Assembly: GCA_047495785.1 (NCBI GenBank) | Contig: JBLDXI010000048.1 | Location: 620,001 to 684,000 of the forward strand | DNA: 64,000 bases | Direction of reading: 5' to 3' | Source of the DNA: Lepidodermella squamata | Taxonomy: Eukaryota; Animalia; Gastrotricha | Part shown: in pieces, positions 25,060-40,000 of the stretch | How positions within the stretch are numbered: the stretch's first letter is position 1 | Layout: every line of letters begins with the position of its first letter | The notes under the pieces: generated by a model | What the model was told of the DNA's origin: nothing | Seen by the model: the letters and a program-made list of their open reading frames with translations, nothing else | Databases searched by the model: none | Position numbers and translations under genes: made by a program

Positions 25060-28000
25060 ATGGCAATTTCACCCGGGGAGTTGCCAATGATATTGGTATT
25101 GTTACTCGCCGGTTTCCTCGCCAGTGCCAAGGCAGCATCAGCCCGTGCCGAAGCATTAGGCGATATGGGAGATGATATCGACTTGCTGCCGACGTTCTCG
25201 CATCAGCTGCATCGAGAACGGCGAGCTATCTCAAACTTTGCCGGCTTTTTCTCTCAAACGACATCGTTCAGTACGACCGGAACAAGCGCATGCACTGGCA
25301 ATCAAGGAGGCGGGTACCACAATTCCTACATGAGCAGCTTCATGTGTCCGCCTGATACGAGGAGATCGCTGTCCTCGACCTCCTTGTGGCCGTACTCCCG
25401 CTTCGCTTCCTCAACCCAATACTGTATGAGCAGCATGGCTGGGTGCTGGCGTGCGCAAGGTGATCCGAATTTCGGCTCTGCGGTATTCTTCACGGTGTTG
25501 AACAATGGCCGAAATACAACTGTCAATTGCTTCAATACCAACGTCACGGACTGTGGGCCGAATTACGTATCAACAACTTTCCCGATGCTGTGTCGCTATA
25601 GCGACGCTGTCAACTCAGCCCCGCTGCAAACTTGTTACTTCAGGGTCTGCTACAATTATTCTGGCCCGCAAGATGAGTTCGGTGGTGTTTTCTCAACCTG
25701 TGATTCGTGTGCTGGTCTAGCACCGGGTCACCCCTGCCAACCAATTGGGAATGCTGCCGCTAACAACGAAGCGCGCTGTCCGCTGGGCTTTATTGCTGAG
25801 CCGGTAACTGACTTTTTGTCTACGACTATGGACTGCTTAACAAAGGACAACGTCAAAACTTACTGCCAATACACGATGTGGTACTGCCGCAACAACATTG
25901 GTGGCGAGAAGGGTGGAAAGGGTGACAAAGGAAACGACGGAAGACCCGGTGTTGACGGTAAGCATCTGAAAATAGTATCCTAATCATCTTTCCCCTGCTA
26001 ATGAAATATCAGGCTGTAACAAAAAAAATTAAATTAAAACGTTCAACCTAAGAGGTCAAGCCAAAACCGCTCAACCTGCAACACGGGTTATCTTTTTTTC
26101 TTCAAAAATGCTGCGGACATTTGTTATCATAAAAAACTAAAAATGTAATATACAAATTATTTAATTTATTAATGTCATAAAAAGTTGTAATTAAAAAATT
26201 TTCACCTTGAAACCAAATATGCGCGCTAAATTTCAAAATTGTCAGTTGCCAAGATCGACGTTTACTCGGTAGTGTCAGAGATTGACTTCCTCTAACTTGA
26301 ATGATGAGCTAGTGGTGTTCATGCCTAAGTCTAGCTGAATTGACGCTCTAATACGTTTAGTGCTTGAAATTATCGATGCTGTCTCTCGTGTACTTACCAA
26401 TATTACTTACCATACTAACCATAATCCTCTACAATATTGATTATTGATTTGCCAGCAATTGAATGTCTATTTTTCGTCTCTTTTTCTCTCAGGTTACAAA
26501 GGCAATGAAGGTAAGTTGAAGTAAACATGTACCTGTTAACAATTTCTACGCAACATTTTCGAACAGGTTGCCCTGGTCCTTCAGGTCCAAAAGGTACACA
26601 TTTTGCTTGTCATTGATGATTTGGTGTGATTATTTTATTCTTCTTTAGGTTCCAAGGGTGATGCCGGTGTGAACGGAACCAAGGGTATCGATGGTATGTG
26701 GTTTTACCAAGAAAAAGGCTCTGTTTAATGTATTATCAATTTCAAAGGCTACAAGGGCGTTGACGGCAGACCCGGTACACCCGGCGGTCCTGGTTTGTTA
26801 CACTGCGCCAAAATACAGCGTTTATTCACTTTGGTTTTACCTTGATAGGTCCAAAGGGAGAACCTGGTTGCGATGGAAAAAACGGCACACCTGGTTTTAA
26901 CGGTACTGATGGCACCCCCGGTAGTGCCGGCACCCAGGGTTCCAAGGGTGACAAAGGAGATCAAGGAACGCCTGGTGAAGGAGGTAATTTTCATCACTGC
27001 CGTGTAATGATTTTGGCTGAACTGCTTATTTTTGTGCGCAGGTGTTAAGGGTCAAGAAGGTACGGTTGTTTCCGCCTGAAATGGGCTAATCACCTGCTTG
27101 ATTTGGTTCGTAGGTTGCCCTGGCGCTCCTGGTCATAAGGGTGCGAAAGGTGACGCTGGTATCGATGGTAAGTTAACATGATAATCTGAATAAATTGTCT
27201 ATTGAATGCATCCTTTCCGTATTAAACAGGATCGAAAGGTAACTTGAAATTCACCGATGAGGTATTCGATTCAATATATTTCTGGCGTCGTCAGGCGAAG
27301 CTGGTCTGAACGGAAAGAACGGTTGTCCTGGTTTGTTTAAATTTTATTATTTTAATTTTTTCGAACCTGCATGCTGATTTTTTTACCAGGCACGAAGGGA
27401 GATCGCGGCTTCGAAGGTCCTATTGGTGAGTGATTTTTTCTATTATAAAATAGCTTTCGTCATAAAAAAAATGATTCTACTTAGGTCCTGAGGGTCCGTG
27501 GGGATCGAAAGGTGGCCGAGGCGATATTGGCTCCAAGGGTGACATGGGTTTGTTTTATAATGATTTATTTCCGCGTTCTACATCATCTTCGTTTTAAAGG
27601 CTCCCAGGGCAGCAAAGGCCTAAAGGGTGATCAAGGATCTAAAGGCGTACAAGGAAGCCAAGGATCTAAAGGCGCCCAGGGCAGTCAAGGCAGCAAGGGT
27701 GCCCAAGGTATGAAATATCTATTATTTTCTCTAAATTTCTAGCAATTATTATCTATTTTCACAGGCTCTCAGGGCAGCAAAGGTGCCCAGGGAAGCCAAG
27801 GCTCGAAAGGCGCACAAGGAAGCCAAGGATCCAAGGGTGCTCAAGGTAGGCGCATCTCAATAATGCGCTTTTTGATTACTCAAATTGCTTTATTTCTATC
27901 CAGGCTCCCAAGGATCGAAGGGCCACCAGGGAGACCAAGGTTCCAAGGGCAACAAAGGTATGTGTCTGAATAAACTATTTCACTTTGCTCATTCCTTTAA

Positions 28001-31000
28001 TTTACCAGGTAACCAAGGAAGCCAGGGTTCGAAAGGTCAGAAAGGTGAGATTAAAGCAATCTCTTGCAAATGCCTTTTACTAATATTTGTGTTCAACAGG
28101 CCACGACGGTGATATTGGTTCGATCGGCCCAATTGGTCCCATGGGTGAGTGGATTTGTTTTAGTGAACTGAATGGAGCTAATTTTTTGCTGCTTTTTTTT
28201 TAGGCCCACAGGGTTCCAAAGGACAAAAAGGAGACCAAGGCTCGAAGGGTGCCCAAGGCTCCCAGGGTTCCAAAGGTGCCCAGGGCTCTCAAGGTTCCAA
28301 GGGTGCTCAGGGCTCGCAGGGATCCAAAGGTGAACAAGGCTCGCAAGGCTCTAAAGGAGCTCAGGGTAGCCAGGGCTCCAAAGGTGCCCAAGGCTCTCAA
28401 GGATCTAAGGGTGCGCAAGGTTCTCAGGGCTCTAAAGGCGCTCAAGGTAAGATTTTCTACGCTTGATAGTTTGTGATCCTAAAATGTGTTTTATTACAGG
28501 ATCGCAAGGATCCAAAGGTGCTCAAGGTAGCCAGGGATCTAAGGGCGTTAAAGGTAAGAAATCAATTACCTACTGATGCTGTGTTAATTTTACGAATGAT
28601 TAACTTAACAGGTGACCAAGGCAGCCAGGGTAGCAAAGGAACCAAAGGAGATCAAGGGTCTCAAGGATCGAAAGGTCTTATGGGCTCGAAAGGTGAGATA
28701 CAATGGTTATGAAAATCTGTTTTTAAATTGTACATTTGCAAACAGGTAACCAAGGATCCAAGGGCGCTCAAGGTTCTCAGGGCTCTAAAGGTCAAAAAGG
28801 TGACCAAGGTAGCCAGGGTTCGAAGGGTGCACAAGGTTCGCAAGGATCGAAGGGCGACAAAGGCGACAAGGGCAACCAAGGTTCGCAAGGATCGATCGGT
28901 CCAATTGGTCCTATGGGCCCGCAGGGTTCAAAGGGTGCTCAGGGTAGCCAAGGCTCTAAGGGAGCCCAAGGCTCTCAAGGCTCTAAAGGTGCCCAAGGCT
29001 CACAGGGTTCCAAAGGGGCTCAGGGTAGCCAGGGTTCGAAGGGTGCTCAGGGATCGCAAGGTTCAAAGGGCGCTCAGGGAAGCCAGGGTTCAAAGGGCGC
29101 ACAAGGCAGCCAAGGCAGCAAGGGTGCTCAAGGTTCTCAGGGATCGAAGGGCCAACAAGGTAGCCAAGGTTCCAAGGGCGAACAAGGCTCACAGGGCTCC
29201 AAGGGTGCTCAAGGTAGCCAGGGCTCTAAAGGCGCTCAGGGCAGTCAAGGATCGAAGGGTGCGCAAGGCAGTCAGGGATCCAAGGGCGCTCAGGGAAGCC
29301 AGGGCTCAAAGGGTGACAAGGGCAACAAGGGAGACATCGGTCCGCAGGGTTCCATCGGTTCTATTGGACCTATTGGTCCCATGGGTCCACAAGGCTCTAA
29401 AGGTCAGTCATTTGCATAACTTCCTGTTTCTCTTCTAAATATTTCATTTCAGGAACAAAGGGCGACAAAGGCGATCAAGGATCCAAGGGAAATCAAGGTA
29501 TGAATTGCTTGGTTTTGAAAACTCCGAGATAATGAATTTCACCAAACAGGCTCTCAGGGATCCAAGGGCGCTCAAGGTAGCCAAGGTTCTAAAGGTGCCC
29601 AAGGCTCTCAAGGTTCTAAGGGTGAGCAAGGCTCTCAAGGCTCCAAGGGCGCTCAAGGTAGCCAAGGCTCCAAAGGCGCTCAAGGTATGTGCATAATTTA
29701 TGCTCTTAGAATTTCATAACGATGATTTTCAACATTTAACAGGATCTCAGGGATCGAAAGGTGCTCAGGGTTCCCAGGGATCTAAGGGAGCCCAAGGCTC
29801 TCAAGGTTCCAAAGGCGAACAGGGCAGCCAAGGGAGCAAGGGTGCTCAAGGAAGTCAAGGCTCTAAAGGTGACAAAGGAGACCAGGGAAGTCAAGGTTCC
29901 AAAGGTGCCCAAGGATCGAAGGGTGAGATATTTGGATTGATAATTACATCCGAATTATTATGTTGTATAAATTTCTGATTCCAGGTGTCCAAGGATCTAA
30001 AGGTAAGATAAGAATATAATCAACATACTATGTTCACTTTCAACTTGAATTTTAGGTGACCATGGTTCGCAAGGTTCGAAGGGTGAAAAGGGTGATCATG
30101 GCTCTCAAGGCTCTAAAGGCTATAAAGGCGACCAAGGCTCTAAAGGAGCGCAAGGTTGGTTCAATTTTAACAATGAGTGTTTCTTCTAATATACTCGCGT
30201 TTTTGTTAGGATTGATGGGATCTAAAGGTCTAATCGGTATGTTTTTATTGGCTCACCAATTACCAATTCCCTAATTTATATTTATTTTCTAGGTTCACGT
30301 GGTCCCATCGGTCCAATGGGCCCGCAAGGTTCAGAGGGTCCTCAGGGTGTTCAAGGCTCCAAGGGCGCGCAGGGTAGGTTTCACAATTACAAGTAATGCT
30401 GGAATATATCTTTTTTGCCCCGCAGGTTCACAAGGATCCAAGGGTGCCCAAGGCACTCAAGGTTCGAAAGGTGCCCAGGGCTCGCAAGGGTCTAAGGGTG
30501 AACAGGGTTCTCAAGGATCTAAAGGTGCCCAAGGCTCACAGGGATCAAAGGGTGCACAGGGTTCTCAGGGGTCCAAAGGCGCTCAAGGCTCCCAAGGGTC
30601 GAAGGGAGCACAAGGATCGCAGGGCTCCAAAGGTGCTCAGGGTAGCCAAGGCAGCAAGGGCGATCAAGGTTCGCAAGGTTCTAAGGGTGCTCAGGGTAGC
30701 CAAGGCAGCAAGGGCGCTCAAGGTTCGCAAGGTTCTAAGGGTGCTCAGGGTAGCCAAGGCTCCAAGGGGGCTCAGGGTTCGCAAGGATCCAAGGGCGCTC
30801 AAGGTTCACAAGGATCCAAGGGCGCACAGGGATCCCAAGGATCTAAGGGCTCGAAAGGGGACAAGGGAGAAGTCGGTTCTCAAGGCTCTATTGGTTCAAT
30901 TGGCCCGATTGGCCCCATGGGTCCTCAGGGTTCCAAAGGTACGTTTAAACATGTTTTCTTGCTCTTTCTGCATGTCTTGTTTTCCAGGACAAAAGGGTGA

Positions 31001-34000
31001 TCAAGGCAGCCAGGGGTCGAAAGGAAGCCAAGGTGAGGTTTCCGACTTGTAACTGTTAGCGAAGAAATGAATTCTATATTTTTGATTTCAGGCTCCCAAG
31101 GTTCGAAAGGCGCACAAGGATCGCAAGGCTCGAAAGGCGCTCAAGGCTCTCAGGGATCGAAGGGGGAGCAGGGTAGCCAAGGTAGCAAGGGTGCTCAAGG
31201 GTCGCAAGGTTCCAAGGGCCAGCAAGGTTCGCAAGGCTCGAAAGGCACTCAGGGTTCTCAAGGATCTAAAGGCGCCCAAGGTTCTCAAGGTTCAAAGGGT
31301 GAACAGGGATCGCAAGGATCTAAAGGGGCTCAAGGCTCACAAGGTTCAAAGGGTGCCCAAGGCTCCCAGGGCTCGAAGGGTGCTCAGGGTAGCCAAGGTT
31401 CTAAGGGCGAGCAAGGTTCCCAAGGCTCGAAGGGTGCTCAAGGGTCGCAGGGCTCCAAGGGAGCACAAGGTAGCCAAGGTTCTAAAGGTGCCCAAGGATC
31501 TCAAGGTTCGAAGGGAGCCCAGGGATCGCAAGGTTCTAAAGGTGCTCAGGGATCTCAGGGTTCAAAGGGTGCTCAGGGTAGCCAAGGGTCTAAGGGCGCA
31601 CAAGGTTCTCAGGGTTCGAAGGGACAAAAAGGAGACCAAGGCAGCCAAGGCTCAATCGGTATGTACCTAATGTAATCGAATATAAGTCTGATAACAGCTT
31701 TAATTTTTCTACGTTAGGTCCTATCGGTCCAATGGGTCCTCAGGGCTCTAAAGGTAATGCACGATATAGTCTTTAAACCGTTCCCTCAAAATGTATCGCA
31801 TTCAATTTTCCAGGTCAAAAGGGCGATCAGGGTTCGCAAGGATCGAAAGGCAGCCAAGGATCTCAAGGCTCTAAGGGAGCACAAGGTGTGTTTTGCATTG
31901 CATTTGTATAAGTGTATCTTATTGCGCTGAAATTCTAACCCTGGCTAGTACGAATTTGAGGTCCACCTATCGTGTGGCTGTATTGTAAGAACGTCACGAT
32001 TTCACGCGATTTTTCCTTTCGATATCGCGTCTCTTCATTGGTTTGCCAAAACATGTGTTATTTCATTGGGCACCGTGAACCTGGAGAATCATTATTTCCC
32101 ATAACTTGCAGGATTAATTTTGGCTAGATATTGTTTGGATGGCTCGCAGTTCCTCAATTATAGGCAATTATATTAGAAACGTATGCAAGTCGATTGAGCT
32201 GTTTCCCCTATTATTCATTATTTGTGATGGAAATTATTTTCGAATTTGATTGAACATTTTATTTTGCAGGATCTCAGGGCAGCAAAGGCGCTCAGGGCTC
32301 GCAAGGCTCCAAGGGTGAACAAGGCTCCCAAGGTTCGAAAGGCGCCCAAGGATCGCAAGGCTCTAAAGGCGCCCAAGGCTCTCAAGGCTCAAAGGGCGCC
32401 CAGGGCAGTCAAGGCTCGAAGGGTGCCCAAGGAAGCCAAGGCTCAAAGGGCGAAAAAGGTACGCTAATTTGATTTCGATGGCTTGAAGTTTTTCAACTTT
32501 TTTATTCACAGGCGCTTTCGGAAGCAAGGGTGATCAAGGCTCTAAGGGCAACCAAGGCTCGAAGGGTGATCAGGGTTCTCAGGGCTCCAAGGGTTTGTTT
32601 TTTCAAGACCTGGCCACTAATCCTTAACTGTTTTCTTCTCCAACCACTACAGGTAGCCAAGGATCACAAGGTTTGTCACAATCTTGCTTAAGAGCTGCCA
32701 TTTATTATGCTGATTCAATTTTAAGGATCAAAGGGCGCCCAAGGTTCCAAGGGCGAGAAAGGCGATCACGGAAGCCAAGGCTCGAAGGGTGATCAGGGCA
32801 GTCAAGGATCGAAGGGAGCTCAAGGTCTGTTTATAATTATTTTGTCATTTCTGCATATCTCTAATTATTCAATTTGATTGTAGGCTCTCAAGGATCGAAG
32901 GGCGCCCAAGGTAGCCAGGGCAGCAAGGGTGCTCAAGGTTCTCAAGGATCTAAAGGATTGATGGGATCGCGAGGCTCGCAAGGCTCTGCCGGTATGACTT
33001 GAGATGAATTTCGTAAAAATAAGTTTATGCCCGCTTTTTGCAGGTCCAATTGGTCCAATGGGTCCTCAAGGTTCAAAGGGTGAGTTGTTTCCTCGCGTTT
33101 GCATTTATAAATTTTATCATTGAATTCCTACAGGCCAAAAGGGAGACCAAGGCAGCCAAGGCAGCAAGGGAGCCCAAGGGTCACAAGGTTCGAAGGGCGC
33201 TCAAGGAAGCCAAGGATCAAAGGGAGCACAAGGTAACTTTGCCTGGAAGAAATGTCTTTCTTGAAATTTAATCTACTTTGTATTTACAGGTTCACAGGGT
33301 AGTAAAGGTGAACAGGGTAGCCAAGGCTCGAAGGGTGCCCAGGGATCTCAAGGGTCGAAGGGTGCTCAAGGTTCTCAAGGCTCAAAGGGTGAACAAGGAT
33401 CGCAAGGATCCAAGGGTGCCCAAGGCTCCCAAGGTTCGAAGGGTGCGCAAGGATCTCAGGGCTCTAAGGGTGCTCAAGGCAGTCAGGGTTCGAAGGGTGA
33501 ACAGGGCTCGCAAGGCTCTAAGGGCGCTCAAGGCTCACAGGGCTCCAAGGGTGCTCAAGGCAGTCAAGGATCAAAGGGCGCTCAAGGTTCTCAAGGTTCT
33601 AAGGGTTCTCAAGGCTCACAGGGTTCGAAGGGTGCTCAGGGTTCCCAAGGCTCAAAGGGTGCACAAGGCAGTCAAGGCTCGAAGGGCGAGAAAGGTGATC
33701 ATGGTTCGCAAGGATCTATCGGTAGGATTAAACGTGTATTCCATAATTGATTCTTCATGACATTGTTATTTAGGTCCGATCGGTCCAATGGGTCCTCAAG
33801 GTTCAAAGGGTCCGTTTTCTTAACTTCATTTAATTTCTTGAGCTAATTTTTCAATTCTTTATAGGCCAAAAGGGAGACCAAGGCAGCCAAGGAAGCAAAG
33901 GTTCTCAAGGATCTCAGGGTTCCAAAGGTGCCCAAGGATCACAAGGATCGAAAGGAGAGCAGGGCAGTCAGGGATCTAAAGGTGCGCAAGGTTCTCAAGG

Positions 34001-37000
34001 TTCCAAGGGTGCTCAGGGCTCTCAGGGCTCAAAGGGTGCTCAGGGAAGCCAAGGTTCCAAAGGTGAGAAAGGTGATCATGGCTCGCAAGGATCGAAGGGT
34101 TCTAAGGGCGATCAAGGTTTGTCAAATGAAGTGATCTGAAACTCTTAATGATATTTTTTGTTCTGGGCAGGCTCCCAAGGTTCTAAGGGTGCTCAAGGCT
34201 CGAAGGGTACGTTTCATTTTCTTTTGATTTTATCGATTTGACCATTTCTTTGTTATGCGCAGGAGACAAAGGAGACCAAGGAAGCCAGGGCTCGAAGGGT
34301 CAACAAGGTATGTTTCTACCCTAACATTTTCGATTATTTTTCATTTTATCAATGCAGGCTCTCAGGGCTCGAAAGGTGCTCAAGGCAGTCAAGGGTCTAA
34401 GGGCAGCCAAGGTTTGTGCTATTTTACCATGTTTTTACAGATGCATGATTTTACTGCATATTTTCAACAGGTTCCCAGGGCTCAAAGGGCGACCAAGGTT
34501 CTCAAGGCTCGAAAGGCGCACAAGGCTCGCAGGGCTCGAAAGGCGCACAAGGTTCACAAGGATCTAAAGGCGAGAAAGGCAGCCAGGGCAGCCAAGGTTC
34601 GATCGGACCTATTGGACCAATGGGTAGGGAATTCACTATAATTCCGTGGCAAATTTTCTTATGTCTAATGAAATTTTCTAGGCCCGACTGGTCCACAAGG
34701 CAGTCAAGGTTCTCAAGGCTCTAAAGGCGACAAGGGACAGAAAGGTGATCAAGGCTCTAAGGGTGCCCAAGGTTCACAAGGCTCGAAGGGCGAACAAGGT
34801 ATGTTTTTCATTTCAAACCTTCAATTCATGCGTACATTTGTTATCTGTTGCAGGCTCCCAGGGTAGCAAAGGTGCCCAAGGCTCTCAGGGCTCTAAAGGT
34901 GCTCAAGGATCGCAAGGATCTAAGGGTGCTCAGGGTTCTCAAGGATCGAAGGGTGCTCAAGGCAGTCAAGGCTCGAAAGGAGAACAAGGCAGCCAAGGAT
35001 CGAAGGGTGCTCAGGGCTCGCAAGGCTCCAAGGGTGCCCAAGGATCCCAGGGTTCGAAGGGTCAGCAAGGTAGCCAAGGCTCCAAGGGTGCTCAAGGCAG
35101 TCAGGGTTCGAAGGGCGCACAGGGCTCGCAAGGCTCCAAAGGTGCCCAAGGTTCACAGGGCTCCAAGGGTGCGCAAGGTAGCCAAGGCTCCAAGGGCGCT
35201 CAGGGATCGCAAGGATCTAAAGGTCAACAAGGCAGCCAAGGCTCCAAGGGCCAGAAAGGGGATCTCGGTTCGCAAGGTTCTCAAGGCCCGCAAGGATCAA
35301 TCGGTATGATAACAATGTCCATAATCGATATTTGACTTGATATGTCTTCTTTTTTCATAGGACCCATCGGACCTATGGGACCACAAGGATCCAAGGGTGA
35401 GTTTTCGAACATTGGCTGTTTTGCGTTTTGATTTATTTAATTTTTATCCAGGTGACAAGGGCGACAAAGGCGATCAAGGTTCTCAAGGATCCAAGGGCGC
35501 ACAAGGCCCGCAGGGATCAAAGGGTGCTCAGGGATCTCAAGGCTCGAAGGGTGCTCAGGGCAGCCAAGGCTCAAAGGGCGCTCAGGGCTCTCAAGGCTCA
35601 AAGGGTTCTCAGGGATCTCAAGGTTCTAAGGGAGCTCAGGGTTCACAAGGATCTAAGGGCGAGCAAGGCTCGCAGGGCTCTAAGGGAGCGCAAGGTAGCC
35701 AAGGATCAAAGGGTGAACAAGGATCACAAGGATCTAAAGGCGCCCAAGGTAGTCAAGGCTCAAAGGGTGCTCAGGGTTCTCAAGGTTCGAAGGGGCAACA
35801 AGGCAGCCAGGGCTCGAAGGGCGAACAAGGTTCGCAGGGCTCGAAGGGCGCTCAGGGAAGCCAAGGTTCAAAGGGTGAGCAGGGCAGCCAAGGATCTAAG
35901 GGCTCTCAAGGATCTCAAGGCTCGAAGGGTGAACAAGGTAGCCAAGGATCGAGAGGTCTTATGGGCAGCCGTGGCTCGAAGGGCAATGCTGGACCTATCG
36001 GTCCGCGAGGTTTGTTTCACTCTCTTACTTTTCCTTTCTATCTATCGGCAGCCTCTCATGATTCCGCCCGAATTCTATCTACATTCTCATACAATTTTCT
36101 TGGGAATTAAAATTAGTCTTTATTTTCTACGAAATTGACCGAAGTAACAGCGGTCATGTATGCTTATGCCGTGGCATATTAACTTTCTCATACAAATTCC
36201 TAATCTCTGTTGTTCATTTTGCCGTGGTTCGTCCCATTCTTCAAAACTTTGCAGGGTTAAAAGTTTTTAGTTTCGGATAAATAACACAATTTGTTATTTC
36301 AGGGTAAGAAGTGACTTGCTTATCATGAACGTTGAAATTACACAAGTTAGAGTACTAGTGCTCGTCCTAGCTCTGATCAAAACTTGACTTCGAACTGATT
36401 AATTATTTGGATCATTTCATCTTCATGCTCATGCTTTTACAGGTCCGCAAGGCATCCAAGGCGGCGAGGGACCCAAGGGTGCGCAAGGCTCGAAGGGAGA
36501 CCAGGGATCTCAAGGCTCTAAAGGTGCCCAAGGCAGTCAAGGATCTAAAGGCGCTCAGGGTAAGACTTGAAATAACTTCCTACAGCCTCAGTATATTTTT
36601 TTCCATCCCACTGTAGGCTCGCAAGGATCCAAGGGCGATCAGGGTAGCCAAGGTTCGAAGGGTGCCCAAGGCTCCCAAGGATCTAAAGGCGCCCAAGGCT
36701 CGCAGGGCTCGAAGGGTGAGCAAGGTAGCCAGGGCTCCAAGGGTGCCCAGGGTAGCCAAGGCTCTAAAGGACAACAAGGTATGTTTTCCGACTATTTTGC
36801 TTGCTACCTGCAATGTATTCCATATCACAGGCTCGCAGGGATCTAAAGGCGCCCAAGGCTCTCAAGGTTCAAAGGGTGCCCAAGGTAAACTTCAATCGGC
36901 ATGACAGCGTCAGGATTTCCATTACATAAATTTGTGTACTACAGGATCACAAGGTTCTAAAGGTGCCCAAGGAAGCCAAGGTTCAAAGGGCCAGAAGGGT

Positions 37001-40000
37001 GACATTGGTTCAACTGGACCGCAAGGATCGATAGGCTCAATCGGTACGGCTATTAATAACGCCAAATTGCAACAACATATTTTATTTCTTTTTTATTGCT
37101 ACAGGACCTATTGGCCCTATGGGACCTCAGGGTTCGAAGGGTGACAAGGGCGACAAAGGCGATCAAGGCTCGAAGGGCGCTCAAGGTTTGCTGGACAAAA
37201 ACGTTTTTAACGCTTTCTACCCATTTTGTTTCGAAACAGGATCACAAGGTTCTAAAGGAGCCCAGGGAAGCCAGGGTTCTAAGGGAGCTCAAGGTGGGTA
37301 CAACCCTGCACTTATACCGCCAGTCTTAAAATCTTTGTCATTGTTTATCAGGATCTCAGGGCAGCAAAGGAGAACAAGGTAGCCAGGGTTCCAAGGGAGC
37401 TCAAGGCAGCCAAGGATCGAAGGGTGCTCAGGGTTTGTTTAGCACTACGCTCCATATCTGTACTTTCTTAACTCCTTTTCCATTGCAGGTTCGCAAGGAT
37501 CTAAGGGAGAGCAGGGCTCCCAGGGCTCAAAGGGTGCTCAAGGCTCACAAGGTTCAAAGGGCGAACAGGGTTCTCAGGGCTCCAAGGGCGCTCAGGGATC
37601 GCAAGGATCTAAAGGTCAACAAGGCAGCCAGGGCTCGAAGGGCGCTCAAGGTTCACAGGGCTCGAAGGGAGAACAAGGTAGCCAAGGTTCGAAGGGTGCA
37701 CAAGGATCGCAGGGTTCCAAAGGAGCACAAGGCAGCCAAGGCTCTAAGGGCGACAAAGGTTTGTTTTTGCATAATTCCTGCATTGAAATGGTGACCATGT
37801 GTCTATTTTCATTTTCTAGGTGACCAAGGCTCTAAGGGACAGCAAGGCAGCCAAGGTTCTAAAGGCGATCAAGGTTTGAATTTCTCACCTCTCACCTTCT
37901 CCAATCAATCATCAAATGTTCTTTTTCTTCAGGTTCACAAGGCTCCAAGGGCCACCAAGGCGACAAAGGCTCGCAGGGATCTGTCGGATCTATCGGCCCA
38001 ATCGGTCCTATGGGCCCACAGGGTTCGAAGGGTGCTCAGGGTTCCCAGGGTTCGAAGGGCTCGCAAGGCTCTCAGGGCTCCAAGGGTGCTCAAGGCAGTC
38101 AGGGTTCGAAGGGCGCGCAGGGCTCGCAAGGCTCCAAGGGTGAACAAGGCTCGCAGGGCTCGAAGGGTGAACAAGGTAGCCAGGGCTCCAAGGGCGCACA
38201 AGGATCGCAAGGAAGCAAGGGTGCTCAAGGCTCTCAAGGCTCGAAGGGTGAACAAGGTTCGCAGGGCTCCAAGGGTGCTCAAGGCAGCCAAGGCTCCAAG
38301 GGCGAGCAAGGATCACAAGGATCGAAAGGTGCCCAAGGCTCTCAAGGTTCAAAGGGCGCTCAAGGTTTGTCATGTTTATGCTTTCCTTACAATATTTTCG
38401 ATGGCCTCGAATCGCTAAATTGATTTTGAGAATTGAACCTTAAGCGAAATACGTTTTTTGGTTCACGCTTATTTTTCATCGCCTTGATGGCAATATTCCA
38501 ATTGATGTCCTGAATCCTCTTTTATGCTTAGTCTGGATTTTAAAATTTTCCGGCTGTACTGTTTGGAATAGTTTAAATACTTAAAATTTTGTCAAACTTA
38601 TATTAATTGATATATTTATTGTTTGATTGATAAATATGTTGACCCTTTCGTTATTCAGGTTCGCAGGGTTCGAAGGGAGCCCAAGGCAGCCAAGGATCCA
38701 AGGGCGATCAGGGTAAGACACTTTGACTCCTACGCGAGTGAAATTGTCTATACTGATGTTTTTCTGTAGGCTCTCAGGGTTCTAAGGGTGCCCAAGGCAG
38801 CCAAGGATCGAAAGGCGAGAAAGGTGGCAAAGGAGACCAAGGCTCACAAGGCTCAATTGGTAAGAAACGCTGAAAGCTATTGGACCTGCTTTGTGAATAA
38901 TCCTTTTCTTTCAGGTCCTATCGGCCCAATGGGTCCTCAAGGTTCGAAGGGTCAGCAAGGTGACCAAGGTTCCAAGGGACAACAAGGTTTGACAACAAGC
39001 GCTCTTCAGCTTCCAAAATGGCTAATAATTGTTTCTCATTCCAGGATCTCAGGGCTCTAAAGGTTCTCAAGGTTCACAGGGCTCTAAGGGCGAGCAAGGC
39101 AGTCAGGGTTCGAAGGGAGCTCAGGGCAGCCAAGGCTCTAAAGGGCAACAGGGATCACAAGGTTCTAAGGGTGCCCAAGGTAGCCAGGGCTCTAAAGGTG
39201 AACAGGGCTCGCAAGGTTCCAAGGGTGCTCAGGGATCACAGGGATCTAAAGGCGAACAAGGCTCTCAAGGTTCTAAGGGCGCACAAGGATCTCAAGGCTC
39301 CAAGGGTGAACAAGGATCTCAAGGTTCCAAGGGTGCTCAGGGCTCGCAGGGATCCAAAGGTGAACAAGGCTCGCAGGGCTCTAAAGGTGCTCAGGGTAGC
39401 CAAGGCTCCAAAGGTGAGCAGGGATCTCAGGGTTCTAAGGGCTCACAGGGATCTCAAGGATCGAAGGGCGAACAAGGCTCGCAAGGTTCTAAGGGAGCCC
39501 AAGGTCGGTTTCTCTCTTACTCTGTTTAAATGATATATCAATTTCATGTTTGCCACAGGTTCTCAGGGCTCAAAGGGAGCACAGGGCAGCCAAGGTTCTA
39601 AAGGCGAACAGGGTAGCCAAGGTTCGAAGGGTGCTCAAGGCAGCCAAGGATCCAAGGGTCAACAAGGTATGTTATGTGTACTTTTCTGTAAACTAGCTAA
39701 TTTCTGTTAAAACAGGCTCCCAGGGATCGAAGGGTGCGCAAGGCAGCCAGGGATCTAAAGGTCACCAAGGTGCGTCGATATTTTTAACTTTTTTCTATTT
39801 TGGTTTAATATGCTTCTTATATTCACGCATCAGGAGATCAAGGAAGCAAGGGCAGCCAAGGAAGTCAAGGATCCAAAGGAGAACATGGCTCGACGGGACC
39901 TCAAGGTTCTCAGGGATCAATCGGTAATTTTCTTTTCTAAATATGTTTTTCTCTCACGCTTGTGATATACTCTTTGACAGGTCCAATCGGTCCTATGGGC